The notes under the pieces: generated by a model
The model's input: the letters and a program-made list of their open reading frames with translations, nothing else
Database searches by the model: none
Told to the model about the DNA's origin: nothing
In this document: piece after piece, positions 40,311-54,308 of the stretch
Position numbering within the stretch: position 1 is the stretch's first letter
Layout: every line of letters starts with the position of its first letter
Program-made: the position numbers and the translations under genes
DNA from: Octopus vulgaris
Lineage: Eukaryota
Assembly: GCA_951406725.2 (NCBI GenBank)
Contig: OX597836.1
Coordinates: 32,984,001-33,048,000, forward strand
Reading direction: 5' to 3'
DNA: 64,000 nt

Positions 40311-41175
40311 TCGGTGGTGGTGGTGGTGGTGGTGATGGTGGTGGTAGTAGCAGTAATAGTTGTAATGGTGGTGGTGGTGGCAGTGGTGGTGATGGTAGTA
40401 GTAGTAGTAGTAGTAGTAGTAGTTGTAGTGGTGGTGGTGGTGGTGGTTGTGGTAGTAGCAGTAATAGTTGTAATGGTGGTGGTGGTGGTGGTGGTGGTGG
40501 TTACTGATGCAGCATCAGTTATGTTGGTGATGTTGATGAGTGATAGTAGCAATGGTAGTGGTTGGCTTGGCAGTGGTGGTGGGCATGGCAGGAAGGAGGT
40601 AAGGATGGAGTACTTCAGCTTCAAATAGAATTAGATGGAGGTTTCTTCCTCCATCTCCCTCTGTTTCTTCCTCCCTCTCCCTCTCCCTCTTTCACACACA
40701 CTTATACACAAACACACAGGAATGTAAATTCGTTAATAATTATTATTTGCCACAAGAGCAATAATGATACAAACATTACCAACATGGCTGTGTGGTTAAG
40801 AGACTTGCATCCCAAACAAATGGTCTTGGGTTCAATCTCACTATGAGGCACCTCAGGCAAGTGTCTTCTACTATAGCCTTGTGAAGAGATTTGGTAAATG
40901 GAAGCTAAAACAAGCTTGTTGTCCCCACCCCACCCAACCCCAGGTCACTCATCTTTCCCTCATGGTCACTTGTTATAGTCGCCTCTACCCCATCCCTAAC
41001 CATCTCTCCTCACACTCTTATGAAACTTCCTCCGCTATTCCCCCACCCCCACTGATTCACCCTGTCCAGTCATCTGTACAATTTCACTTATATTCACCCA
41101 CCACTGTACCTTGAGGGCATGTCCTCTCCCCCAATTCATTTCCACCCCCACCACCATCATACTCTCTCTCTCTCT

Positions 41176-41207
<32 letters not shown>

Positions 41208-41211
<4 letters not shown>

Positions 41212-41524
41212 TTACTTGTTTCAGTCATTTGACTGCGGCCATGCTGGAGCACCGCCTTTTAGTTGAGCAAATCGACCCAGGTCTTATTCTTTGTAAGCCT
41301 AGTACTTGGTGGGACAAACACAGACACACAAACACATACACATATATATACATATATATATGACAGGCTTCTTTCAGTTTCCGTCTACTAAATCCACTCA
41401 CAAGGCTTTGGTCGGCCCGAGGCAATAGTAGAAGACACTTTCCCAAGGTGCCACGCAGTGGGACTGAACCCGGAACCATGTGGTTGGTAAGCAGGCTACT
41501 TACCACACAGCCACTCCTACACCT
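41208..41524 (-). mobile_element. SINE family A with an internal deletion
   Basis: Homologous to other family A copies; lacks part of the 3' body. Confidence 0.85.
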
Positions 41525-41551
41525 ATATTTATATACATACATATATGTGTG

Positions 41552-41602
<51 letters not shown>

Positions 41603-41704
41603 AAATAAGGCTTCAGATAGAATCAGGTACTTGGAAAGATATGCACCAGGTAAGGTTTGATAAACCTACGGTTCTGACCTATGGTTGAAGATATATGATG
41701 CACG

Positions 41705-41820
41705 ACCACCCTTGGACGGTTTTGAATGACCATAGAAAGTACAAGCCCTCTAACTTAAAAATTGTCGATCTGTATAAAGGACACACACACAGACATTTTG
41801 CCATTTATATATATAGAGAT
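41705..41820 (-). mobile_element. Probable 5' end of a non-autonomous Helitron-like element
   Basis: Minus strand begins A|TCTCTATATATATAAATGGCAAAATGTCTGTGTGTGTGTCC, the TC-start plus microsatellite layout of non-autonomous Helitrons. No 3' hairpin or CTAG end seen. Confidence 0.4.
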
Positions 41821-42154
41821 ATATATATGATAGTATAAAATATAATTATAATTAAGGTCACAGAGATTTCTATGCCTATATACTGAAGATAGACACTAAG
41901 TCTATCTAACCACTTCTAAACATCACTTTATAATTCACATATGTTGAAAGCAAGGAAGGGAAGTAGGCATCATACAGAAATTCATAAATAAATATATACT
42001 GGCCACTGATAAAAATTATATTTGTATATATGTATATATATATATACAAAAACAATTGCAGCATGGAAGGTGTTTATAAGCCATTTAAGAAACACACAAA
42101 AACCGTTATATTCACTTCAACATTTAAATTTGATTTACCAAAATATTTTCATCA

Positions 42155-42235
42155 CTTTAAGACCACAACCTGTTCACTGACAAAATTCCGTGCTGCATGG
42201 AATTTTGTCAGTGAACAGGTTGTGGTCTCAAAGCA
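42155..42235. repeat. Hairpin (about 35-bp arms) in a Penelope-like terminal remnant
   Basis: agaccacaacctgttcactgacaaaattcc-gtgctgcat-ggaattttgtcagtgaacaggttgtggtct. Confidence 0.7.
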
Positions 42236-43271
42236 ACAAATTCAAACTCAGAACGTAAAGACAGATGAAATACTGGTATGCATTTTGCCCAGCATGCTAA
42301 CATTTCTGCCAGCTCGCCACCTTACATATAATAATAAAAACTGACTGATGGATTATATGGTATATGTACAAATGTTTCATTAAGAAATTTAATTGTAATG
42401 TAACATTCTACATGTAACGTGTGCAACATCTATAAGATTGTGTAATACAATATGCTTAAACTCCCAACTCTTCAGGCTATATCATAATGTTAACAGGTAA
42501 ATATTGATATGCGACTGCATGGAAGGACATTGATGTCTTTTTAGAAAACTAAAGAGCCACACACAACAAATATTACATTCCATCCTGTGCTCTAATGACT
42601 GGTGAAAATGTCTTGGGAAGATATTGAGGATCCAATTATTTTTGTTGTTGCTGTAGTTATGGTCTTCATCTTCGTGTATGTTGTTGTTATCATTGTCACT
42701 GTTGCCATTGTTGTTGTTATTGTTGTTGTAGCTGTTAATGTCATCAGCAGGGACAGTCAGCATTGCTGTTGTAGTTGTTATTACTGTTGCTGTTGCCATC
42801 ATAGTGGTGTTGTTGTTGTGGGCGTCGGCGCTGCAGCTGCTGCTGCTGTTGTCATTGTTGTTGTCAGTGATATAAAAAATGTGAAGATTATGATGGAATG
42901 TCTGATTGGTCCTTTTTCTTTATAAAACACCCAATATCTTCTTTCCCTTCTACTGCTATCTCTCTTTCTCTCTCTCTTTCCCCAACCACTCCACTCACCT
43001 CCCCCCCCCCCGTCCCACCCTCTTCACCGGTTCCCTCCTCCCTCCCTTACTCTACCTGCTAGATCATATTCTTTGAAACTTCCAGTTAACTTGGTTGTCT
43101 TGGCTGATGACAGACAACACATCTGCCTTCCTTCTCTCCTCCTCCACCTCCTCCTTCTCCTCCTCCTCATCATTATCAGCTCCCTTAAGTGTCTGTACTA
43201 CTATGATCACCACCACCATCACCACTAACACCATCATTATCAACATTCTTAAAACCATGACCACTACTACA

Positions 43272-43326
<55 letters not shown>

Positions 43327-43414
43327 TCGCCTCTGCTGCCCATCATATTTGGAAGGTACCTTGCTTGTTATCATCCTTGTTCACCCTTATCATCCTCATC
43401 GGCACCACCCGGTG

Positions 43415-43446
<32 letters not shown>

Positions 43447-44520
43447 CCACCATATCCATCATCATTATTAACATATTTATCATCATAATCATCATCATTA
43501 TCGGCACCACCATGTCCACAATCAGATCATCAGCAGCATAATTATCATCACCATCACCACCATCATCATCATCATCATCATCATCTTGCAGAAGTGCTGA
43601 CAGAGAAGGAGGGAGATACTTTATGCTTCAGTACCACCACCACCACAACTGCCTTAATGGGTTTTTTTTTAGTCCAAGAAATCAATCACAGGACTTACTC
43701 TGTGTAAGCTTAGTACTTATTTTATCAGTTCTTTTTCCCCAAACCACTAAGTTATAGGGACGTAAACACACCAACATTGGTTGTCAAGTCATGGTGGGTG
43801 GGGCGCAAACACAAAGACACACATACACACATACTCACATGTATATATATATAAATAAATATAAAATCCAAAGATCAAGGTGTAGGAAGAAAGTTAGCCT
43901 CAAGCAAACCATAGTAAATATAAAGAATAGCTTTCAGGGACAATAATGGTTTATTGAGGTGGAAGGCAGTGGAATTTTTTCTTATCAAAGTACGATAAAT
44001 TGAAAGAAGTTTTTTTTATATTTCACGGTAGGCAACCAGAGTTACTGGGTATCATCATCATCATCATCATCATCGTTTAGCATCCGCTTTCCATGCTAGC
44101 ATGGGTTGGATGGTTCAACTGGGGTCTGGGAAGCCAGAAGGCTGCACCATGCCCAGTCTGATCTGGCAATGTTTCTACGGCTGGATGCCCTTCCTAACGC
44201 CAACCACTCCAAGAGTGTAGTGAATGCTTTTTACGTGCCACCTGGCCAGGTGCCAGGCGAGGCTGGAAATTGGCCATGAACAGATGGTGCTTTTTACGTG
44301 CTACCGGCACCGGGGCCAGGCGAGGCTGGCAATGGCCATGAACAGATGGTGCTTTTTACGTGCCACCGGCACGAGGCCAGTCGAGGCGGCGCTGGCAACA
44401 GCCACGTTCGGATGGTTCTCTTACATGCCACCGGCACTGGTATCACAGCTGCAATTTCCATTGATGTTGATCGATGCAAATAAAAATACAAGAGTTAAAG
44501 AATGGAGCAGGTAAGATCCA

Positions 44521-44605
44521 GTCTACATATGTTTCATAGGGAGCGGCGCCTTGGAAGTGGTAAAAATCCAAGCAAGGTGTATACTGCAGACTACTCTTCA
44601 GATCA
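44521..44605 (-). ncRNA. Type I hammerhead ribozyme, intact core, weak stem I
   Basis: Minus strand reads CUGAAGA-GUAG...CUAU-GAAA-C-AUAU-G-UA. Palindromic stem III ACAUAUGU; stem II extended by a CUUGG/CCAAG hairpin; stem I pairing is poor. Confidence 0.6.
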
Positions 44606-44974
44606 AGGGTATCTCAATTAAATGAATGTTTATGTTAACACAAGGAAGATTCAAGGAAGATACAGTATGGATAATACTGTACTAAATTCTGGTGCCTCAA
44701 CTTAAGTACCATATTCATCTGAATCTAAATTTTCACTTTATATATATTTATATATATACAACAGGCTTCTTTCAGTTTCCGTCCACCAAATCCACTCACA
44801 AGGCTTTGGTCGGCCCGCGGCTATAGTAGAAGACACTTGCCCCAGTTGCCACGCAGTGGGACTGAACCTGGGACCATGTGGTTGGTAAGCAAGTTACTTA
44901 GCATGCAACCACTTCTGCACCTATACATGTGTGTATATATGTGTATGTATATATATTTATAAATACATACATAT

Positions 44975-45360
44975 GATGGAAGCACTCCGTCGGTTACAAC
45001 AATGAGGGTTCCGGTTGATCCGAATCAACAGAACAGCCTGCTCGTGAAATTAACGTGTAAGTGGCTGAGCACTCCACAGACACATGCAACCTTATCGTAG
45101 TTCTCAGGGATATTCAGCGTGACACAGAGTGACAAGGCCGGCCCCTTGAAATACAGGTACAACAGAAACAGGAAGTAAGAGTGAGAGAAAGTTGTGGTGA
45201 AAGAGTACAGCAGGGATCACCACCATCCCCTGCCGGAGCCTCGTGGAGCTTTTAGGTGTTTTCACTCAATAAACACTCACAACGCCCGGTCTGGGAATCG
45301 AAACCGCGATCCTATGACCGTGAGTCCACTGCCCTAACCACTGGGCCATTGCGCCTCCAC
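44975..45360 (-). mobile_element. SINE family B with a 10-bp target-site duplication
   Basis: Near-identical to 2984-3368; ACATACATAT at 44965-44974 and 45361-45370. Confidence 0.9.
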
Positions 45361-45531
45361 ACATACATATATATATATATATAAACAACTTATAAACAAG
45401 GGCAAAAGAAAAACATTTCTAATGCCAAATATGCTGAAAACAGACACATTGTCAATAACCATATAATTCTTATAAATATATATATATATGTATGTATGTA
45501 TTTATACATATATATACATATACATATAAGT

Positions 45532-45562
<31 letters not shown>

Positions 45563-45911
45563 AAATGGCTGATAAAGCAGTTACAATTATGATAGACCCA
45601 AGGACAGCCAAAATTAAGCTTATTAGCAGATAAATCTAAGTGTTCTGGCAGACAGCTAGGTATCCCCTGCTGTGGTAACTAGTTGACCATATGCAAATGA
45701 TATCCTTTGAAGTACAAGTCTTTGCAGACACAAGAGATAAGGAATTCTTTCAGTCTATAAATTTACAACATAATAATCCTAGTGTGTTCATCTATCTTCA
45801 TGACAGCCAAAACATGTCTGTGCTTAAGAATGGAGTGAATATGGGATTTGTTTATTTCACATTGCATCATCCTTTTGATTTTTTTTTTATTTCCATTAAT
45901 TTATTTTGGTC

Positions 45912-46448
45912 ACTCTTAACTCTTTTACTCTTTTACTTGTTTCAGTCATTTGACTGCGGCCATGCTGGAGTGCCGCCTTTAATCGAGCAACTCGACCCCG
46001 GGACTTATTCTTTTGTAAGCCCAGTACTTATTCTATTCGGTCTCTTTTTGCCGAACCGCTAAGTTACGGGGACATAAACACACCAGCATCGGTTGTCAAG
46101 CAATGCTAGGGGGACAAACACAGATACACAAACACACACACGCATATATATATATATATATACATATATACGACGGGCTTCTTTCAGTTTCCATCTACCA
46201 AATCCACTCACAAGGTTTTGGTCGGCCTGAGGCTATAGTAGAAGACACTTGTCCAAGGTGCCATGCAGTGGGACTGAACCCGGAACCATGTGGTTGATAA
46301 ACAAGCTACTTACCACACAGCCACTCCTAGTGGGACTGAACCCAGAACCATGTGGCTGGTAAACAAGCTACTTACCACACAGCCACTCCTAGTGGGACTG
46401 AATCCAGAACCATGTGGTTGGTAAACTAGCTACTTACCACACAGCCAC
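45912..46448 (-). mobile_element. SINE family A with a triplicated tRNA-like head
   Basis: A 62-bp unit starts at 46267, 46329 and 46391. Confidence 0.9.
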
Positions 46449-47233
46449 ATATTTATTTTATATATGTATATATATATATATTTTTTTTTTATCTTCATTT
46501 TGGTATTTTTTATTATTTGCATCTCCCTGTGTTGTTCTTTGTCAACAAAAATGTAAATAATAGAATAATATGGGTGTAAAACGATGGGAAACTGTCCGTG
46601 ATCCAGCAGTATTCTCCGAAGCCCACCCACCTGAAGATGTGCAGGTACACAACTATACTTGGATCATATTCCATTCCACTCTAGACACAAGGCCCGAAAT
46701 TTTGGGAGAGGGGGAGCCAGTTGATTAGATCGACCCCAGTACGCAACTGGTACTTAATTCATCAACCCCAAAATGATGAAAGTCAAAGTCGACCTCGGCG
46801 GAATTTGAACCCAAAACGTAAAGACAGATGAAATACCACTAAGGAATCGAACTCACAACCTAACGATCATGAGCCGAATACCCTTAACCACTAAGCCTTG
46901 CGCCTTCACACATGCACACTAGAGGGTGTCCCCCATCGCACAGTTTCTGCCTACCCAATTCACTGACAATCTTTATTCTTTCCATTGCTGGTATTTGATG
47001 ATTGAAGTAGTTTGATGGGAACGTACTAATGTATGTACTTGTTATTGTTTAACCCCAGGTCGGCTCTGATTGAGTAAACTGATAATCAAATCATATCTCA
47101 AGCTGTGGTGAATGATGTAGGTTTAGTTGGAATCTTATACAGTTCAGAATACCCAGGTGTCTGCTACTAAAAACATTTTCATAACACACACATACAAACA
47201 TGTATATGTATGCATGTACATATACACACATAC

Positions 47234-47378
<145 letters not shown>

Positions 47379-47700
47379 CTCAATATTTATGGCTTTGGAG
47401 GAAAACAAAAATCAGATAAACAAATGTGTATATATGTGTATGTATAAAGATTTGTATGGAGGTGAACGCAAACAACAACTCCTACACACACGCATACACA
47501 CACACACACACACACATGCATACACACACACACACATGTATGTATGCATACACGCATATACACATCACATGAACACATAAGTTATAGAGTGTGAGAGGAT
47601 TAGATAGGAGACAGATATGATTTACTGCGTTAAACACTATACACACACACACACATATATATATGTACATATATATATGTGTGTGTGTGTGTATAGTGTT

Positions 47701-47739
<39 letters not shown>

Positions 47740-47775
47740 TGCATATATATAATATATATTATATATATTTGTATG

Positions 47776-47819
<44 letters not shown>

Positions 47820-48047
47820 CATATATATATATATATTTATATATATATATGCATATGTATTTATATGTAGTTATAAATATACAGATATACACACACATAT
47901 GTATGTATCTATGTATGTGTGTGTGTGTGCATGTGTATATGTGAAGAGAGAAAGGGGGTGAGAGAGAGACCTGATTAGATAGGCAGATAAAATATGTTTG
48001 TGTACATAGATATATAGGGTAGAAATGATATGGGTTTTCTCCCCACC

Positions 48048-48079
<32 letters not shown>

Positions 48080-48573
48080 TTCTCTCTTTCTCTGCCTTTC
48101 TTCTGCGGTGGGGATTGGTCTTAAATAAGATTGTGTTTTGGGTGGGGTAGGTATAGAATTACAGAAACATAAATACAGAGAAAGCAAAACAATACAAAAA
48201 CAGTTAAACACCCCACCACCACCACCACCACCACTACCACCACCACCCACAAATTTCTCATCCACCCCCTTCTTTACCACCCACTCTGCCACCAATAAGG
48301 CTCACACCAATTTTTTTCTTTCTTTCTTTCTTTATTTCTTTCTTTCTTTCTTTCTTTGTCTATCATGCAAAGGAATCTTCTCCCTAAAGGAAACTGTGGG
48401 AAGGGCAGATGTGGGTTGGATGTGATTAAATAAGGATTTTCGGTTTGAAGGACAGGTGTTAGGAGCTGTGTCATAGGCCAGCAGCTGATATAGAATGAGA
48501 AAGAATGAAGAGGTGCTGTGGTCTGAATAACTGGATAAAAATATTAATAATAGTAGTAGTAGTAGTAGTAGTA

Positions 48574-48637
<64 letters not shown>

Positions 48638-49222
48638 TCTTTTCTACTCTAGGCACAAGGCCTGAAATTGTGAGGGAGGGGGCCAGTCAATTAGATCGAC
48701 CCCAGTATGCAACTGGTACCTAATTCATCGACCCTGAAAGGATAAAAGACAAAGTCGACCTAGGCGGAATTTGAACTCAGAATGTAAAAACAGATGAAAT
48801 GCCACTAAGCATTTCACCTGGTGTGCTAATAAAAGATATAAATATTCTTTTCTACTCTAGGCACAAGGCCTGGAATTTTGGGGGAGGGAGTCAGTCTATT
48901 AAATCGATCCCAATTACGCAACTGGTACTTAATTTATCGACCCCGAAAGGATGAAAGGCAAAATCGACCTCAGCAGAATTTGAACTCAGAACGTAGCAGC
49001 AGACGAAATACCGCAAAGCATTTCGCCCGAGGGTCTGACTGGCTGCTGCTGTCTGTTTGTGCCGGTTGCTGTTGAGACTTCACTTGTTCTTGGATCTACA
49101 CTGCTGATTTCCTCAACAAAATCATGATGACAGTAGCCTGTCTGAGAGACAAGCCCCACAAAGTGGGGTGACTGTTGCTGTGAGTGTCACTGGCCATTCT
49201 CTGAGACAGCACTTCACAATTA

Positions 49223-50045
49223 CATTATGTAGCACAAGGATAACAACTGTTATTTCCCATTTGCTTACTTCTAGAAAGTATGAAAAATGGCAAATATTTC
49301 CTTCAAACTTTGCTTTTGTTATGATATTTATTCAAACCCCAAAGAAACCCTCTCAACATATGGCTATGATACTACCCTGCTATTCCTGCTCACTGTGTAA
49401 CACAATTTTTGTCCTTGGGTAGCAAATGTTATTTCCTGTTTGCTTATCCCTAGAAAGTATGAAAAATGGCTAATATTTCCTTCAAACTTTGCTTTTGTTA
49501 CAATATTTATTCAAACCTGAAACAAACCCTCTTAACACATGGCTGTGATGATGCCCCATTACTCCTGCTCATGATCAGAGATACACATATTGTCAGCCAC
49601 TAAGGGACATGCAAAAGCAGTTATGCTCAAGCTACTGACAAACGTATCTATGATTCTGCCGAGCTTCAAATTCTGCCGAGGACGACTTTGCCTTTCATCG
49701 TTTCAGGGTCGATAAATTAAGTACTAGTTACGCACTGGGTCGATGTGATCGACTTAATCCCTTTGTCTGTCCTTGTTTGTCCACTCTATGTTTAGCCCCT
49801 TGTGGGTAGTAAAGAAATAGGTATTGAGCAGAATATTTGCTATAATGATATTTCTGCTTCAGCAACTCAGCACTGAATCTGTCTGAAATGTAATGGAAAA
49901 TAGCTCAGTTTCGAAACATTGATGTCCAGGTCACAAAAGCAAAATTTGAATGGTATAGTTGTCATTTCTTTGGATTTCTAGATAGAAGCAAATAAGCACT
50001 TCCTGACCAAAGACAAAAATATATTAAAATGTTGCTCACACAGTG
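49223..50045. mobile_element. Second Chapaev3-like element with a duplicated left end and an internal SINE fragment
   Basis: Decayed left end at 49223 (after TTA), a second left end CACTGTGTAACACAATTTTTGTCCTTGGGT at 49391, and right end ...ACCAAAGACAAAAAT...CACACAGTG at 50045. Confidence 0.7.
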
Positions 50046-50135
50046 TTGTGTCTGCAAGGCACAGCTGAACACACCATTCAGACTGAGGTATACAACCTGT
50101 TGTTCCCTCACCCCACCTAATTTTTATTTGCTTAA

Positions 50136-50328
50136 CCCCTTTGCATTTAATCTAGCCCTACAGGTGCAGGCATGGCTGTGTGGTAAGTAGCATGCTTACC
50201 AATCTTATGGTTTCAGGTTCAGTCCCATTGCGTGGCACCTTGGGCAAGTGTCTTCTACTATAAATAGCCTCAGACCGACCAAAGCCTTGTCAGTGGATTT
50301 GGTAGACGGAAACTGAAAGAAGCCTGTC

Positions 50329-50370
<42 letters not shown>

Positions 50371-50641
50371 GTGTGTGCATGCGTGTTACATCCCTGTAAC
50401 CCCGCAGTTCGGCAAAAAGAGGCTGATAGAATAAGTACTAGGTTTACAAAGTATAAGTCCTGAGGTCGATTTGTTTGACTAAAGGCAGTGCTCCAGCTTG
50501 GCTGCAGTCAAATGACTGAAACGAATAAAAGGAAAAAGAAAAAAGAAAATTTCCGAAAGACAACAATATCTGTTTCAACACAGGGTTCCACATCAGGAAG
50601 GAATCATGCAAACCAAATTCAGGGATCTGAATTTTAAAGGG
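50136..50641. mobile_element. piggyBac-like MITE interrupted by a SINE
   Basis: TTAA|CCCCTTTGCATT ... AATTTTAAAGGG|TTAA ends; a related TTAACCCTTTAG end occurs near 52870. Confidence 0.4.
50160..50545 (+). mobile_element. SINE family A
   Basis: Full-length homologue. Confidence 0.85.
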
Positions 50642-51323
50642 TTAATTTCCCCTTTCTGTTTACTTTTTCGTCATTTCCTTGTTGAAGTAAAGCCGCAAAT
50701 TGGAACCAAATCCAGAAACCAGCTTGTTGTGAAGGCAAAAGCTAAACAGGTTGTCGGGGTTGGAGGAGAGGGGGCCAGTTCCTTAATCACTCAGCCATCT
50801 GAACTTCTGGGGACTAAATGAATAAATAAATAAAAAGATGGGAAGGGAGAAAAACCAGGAGCAGAGGGATCTTTCCATAGCAGAGAGGGAAAAGGGGGGA
50901 AATACTTTCTTTCATCCCCTTAATAGCTCAGTGAGATTCAAAAGTCAATGATTGGGGTTAGTGGTAAGCGGGGGGGGGCTATGGGAGGTGGATGTGATGA
51001 TAGGGACAGTGCCAGCAGAGATTGGTGGTGGTGGTGGTGGTGGTGGTGGTGGTGGTGATGGTGGGGCTCTACTTGTGACCCCTTGTGTCTACTGTCAAGG
51101 GGACGATTATGGTCCCTTTTTTTTTCTTTTGTTGTTTGCTTTTTCTTTCTCTTTATGTTGGATATTCTGTAGAGAGGAGGAAACAGAGAAGAGGAAGCCA
51201 AGAAGAAGCAGGAAGCAACAAGCTTCCAGTAAAAACCCAGGCAAAAGGGTTGGGGCTGCTGGCCAGTTTCTTTTGGGTCTTTCAAAAGACAGGGAGCTGT
51301 AAAGAGGAAATAGAATGGAATGG

Positions 51324-51358
<35 letters not shown>

Positions 51359-51543
51359 CTGGGCAGGTATGGTAGTTTTGAAAAAATGGGGAACCTGCTG
51401 GGTAATAGTTATTTCACAACACATGTAGAAACATGGTAAATCTATACATACCATTCAATATATGCCTGTGTATGTGCATGTGTATGTGTGTGTCTATCTG
51501 TGTAAGTATTATAAGTGCATATCAATGTATGTATGTACCTGAG

Positions 51544-51585
<42 letters not shown>

Positions 51586-51639
51586 TGTATACATCTATAT
51601 GCATATATATATCTATATGCATATATCTATCTATCTATC

Positions 51640-51672
<33 letters not shown>

Positions 51673-51711
51673 GGGGGGAGAGAATACATATATACATACA
51701 TATTGAATATG

Positions 51712-51746
<35 letters not shown>

Positions 51747-53940
51747 GCAATATATATGTGTGTGTATATAAATATATATATATATATACATACATACATA
51801 CATACGTACATATATACATACATACATGCATATAGCATATATACACACACACATAATATATAGATATAGATAGATAAATATGATATAAATTTTTATTTAT
51901 ATATATATAATATATATTTTTTTATTTATACATATGTATGTATATTTATAGATCTAGACATTCACACATGCTTCTACCTTCATATATAAATGTAGTGTGT
52001 GTGTGTGTGTGTATTTATATATGTACGTATATTATATATAAGAAGGTGTCAATTGCTTTGAAGTTTTGCAGACAGTTTGAAAAATGCATCCTCATGCAAA
52101 ACTTCCATGATTTTGTCTGGTTTCCATAATATTTAGCTGTTTCAGTGTATTGAGTCTTTGTTCAATGAATATTTGTTGTCTTTGTCCCTTTAAGAACATT
52201 TACTTACAGTCTCATGCATGGTAAGAAGCTTGCTTCCCAACTACATGGTTCCAGGTTCAGTCCCACTGCGTGGCATTTTCAGCAAGTGCCTCCTAGTATA
52301 ACCCAGACCTGGGTTCATCAAAATTTTGCGAATGGATACAGTAAATGGGATTTTAATGATGTGATTGTTTATATTTAGAATGACATTGAAGGGTAGGTGT
52401 GAAAGGCCAGATCTGATTGGTTTGAACATAAAGACAGGTAGAATATTTGCACCAGTATGGCCATTTCCAAACTTCAGCATTCAGATTACTTTATCAAATG
52501 TAATGCTTATTTACTCTTTACTCTTACTCTTTAAACTTGTTTCAGTCATTTGACTGTGGCCATGCTGGAGCACCGCCTTTAGTCGAGCAAATCGACCCCA
52601 GGACTTATTCTTTGTAAGCCTGGTACGTATTCTATCGGTCTCTTTTGCCGAACCGCTAAGTTACGGGGATGTAAACACACCAGCATCAGTTGTCAAGCGA
52701 TGTTGGGGGGGGACAAACACAAACACAAGCACACACACATATATATACATATATACGACGGGCTTCTTTCAGTTTCCATCTGCCAAATCCACTCACAAGG
52801 CTTTGGGCGGCCAGATCAGGCTAGTTTGACCATAAAACAGGTAGGGTATTTGAGCCTGAAAATGGCTGGTTTAACCCTTTAGTGTTCCACTTACTCTGTC
52901 AAATGTAATGCTTATTTATTCAGATTGTTTGGAATTAATCATACACTGTCTTGTGCACCACCACCAACAACAACAACACCTACACCACCACCAACAACAG
53001 CCATTTAAGAATTTGGACCTGGAGATCTCCATTTCCAGTGACTGCGAGGGCCACCTCCCAGTGGTGTCGGGCGTCAACGAAGAGCCCTTGACTACAACAA
53101 GACGAACAAAGCTTTTTCTTTTTCCAAGGTCTGGGGTCTCCTGCCCCTAAGCCCTAGACCATCACCTAATCACCCTTACCCATCTTGTTGCTTAACAACA
53201 ACAACCACCAACAACATCACCAACACCACCACCACCAACAACAACAACACCACCAATACCACCAACAACACCTACACTACCACCAACACCACCACTACCA
53301 CCACCACCAACAACATCACCACCACCAACACCACCACTACCACCAACATCACCAACACCACCATTACCACCACCAACAACAACAACATCACCACCACCAT
53401 CAACAACAACACCAACACCACCACCAACGCCACCAACAACAACACCAACACCAACACCACCAACAACAACACTACCACCACCACCATCACTGAGCTAATA
53501 TATCATTTCCATTAAAGCAACAGATGTTAACTACGACATCCTGTTGAGTGGAGTGCGGAGGTGGTGCAGCGAGGCAGAAGGGGAGGAGGGATGATGGAGC
53601 TGGTGCGGAGGGTCGGTCGCATATGGATTTATTCATTCCATACTCCAGCAACTCCTCCCTGTACTCGCACAAACACACTTTCTCTTTAAGCTTTTCCATT
53701 CATCTCCCTAAAACCCATAACCGACCACCACCATCATCACCACCACCACTACAAACTGGACCTTTCTTCCTCCACAACCCCACCGCCATCCCTGGCAAGC
53801 AACACTTTTAAGTATGATGAGGCAAAGCTTAATGTGTTTAACATAAGAAACCCCTACCTACCTACCTACCTACCTTTCTACTGCTCCTTTCACATTTGGA
53901 CAGAACTTAAGAGACAAATTAGCAGAGAGTAAAGATAGAC

Positions 53941-54007
<67 letters not shown>

Positions 54008-54084
54008 CAGACATACATCTATGTGTGCATGTATGTATGTAAATATAGATGTGTGAGTTTGTATGAATGTTATACTTATCTATT

Positions 54085-54138
<54 letters not shown>

Positions 54139-54140
<2 letters not shown>

Positions 54141-54308
54141 ATATTTTAATGTGTATAAGGAATCCTTGTGTGTAAGGAAGCCCCGAATTTTCTGGGTTTA
54201 AAATTTGGTAAAAAGGTTTTGTAAGGGATTATGATACTATCCATGTATAAAAAAGACTCCCATATATTTTTAACTTAATTTTTGACAAAAAGGGTTCCTT
54301 ATACATAT
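54139..54308. mobile_element. Decayed pogo-like MITE, truncated by a SINE
   Basis: TA|CCATATTTTAATGTGTATAAGGAA ... TTCCTTATACATA partial inverted ends. Confidence 0.45.
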
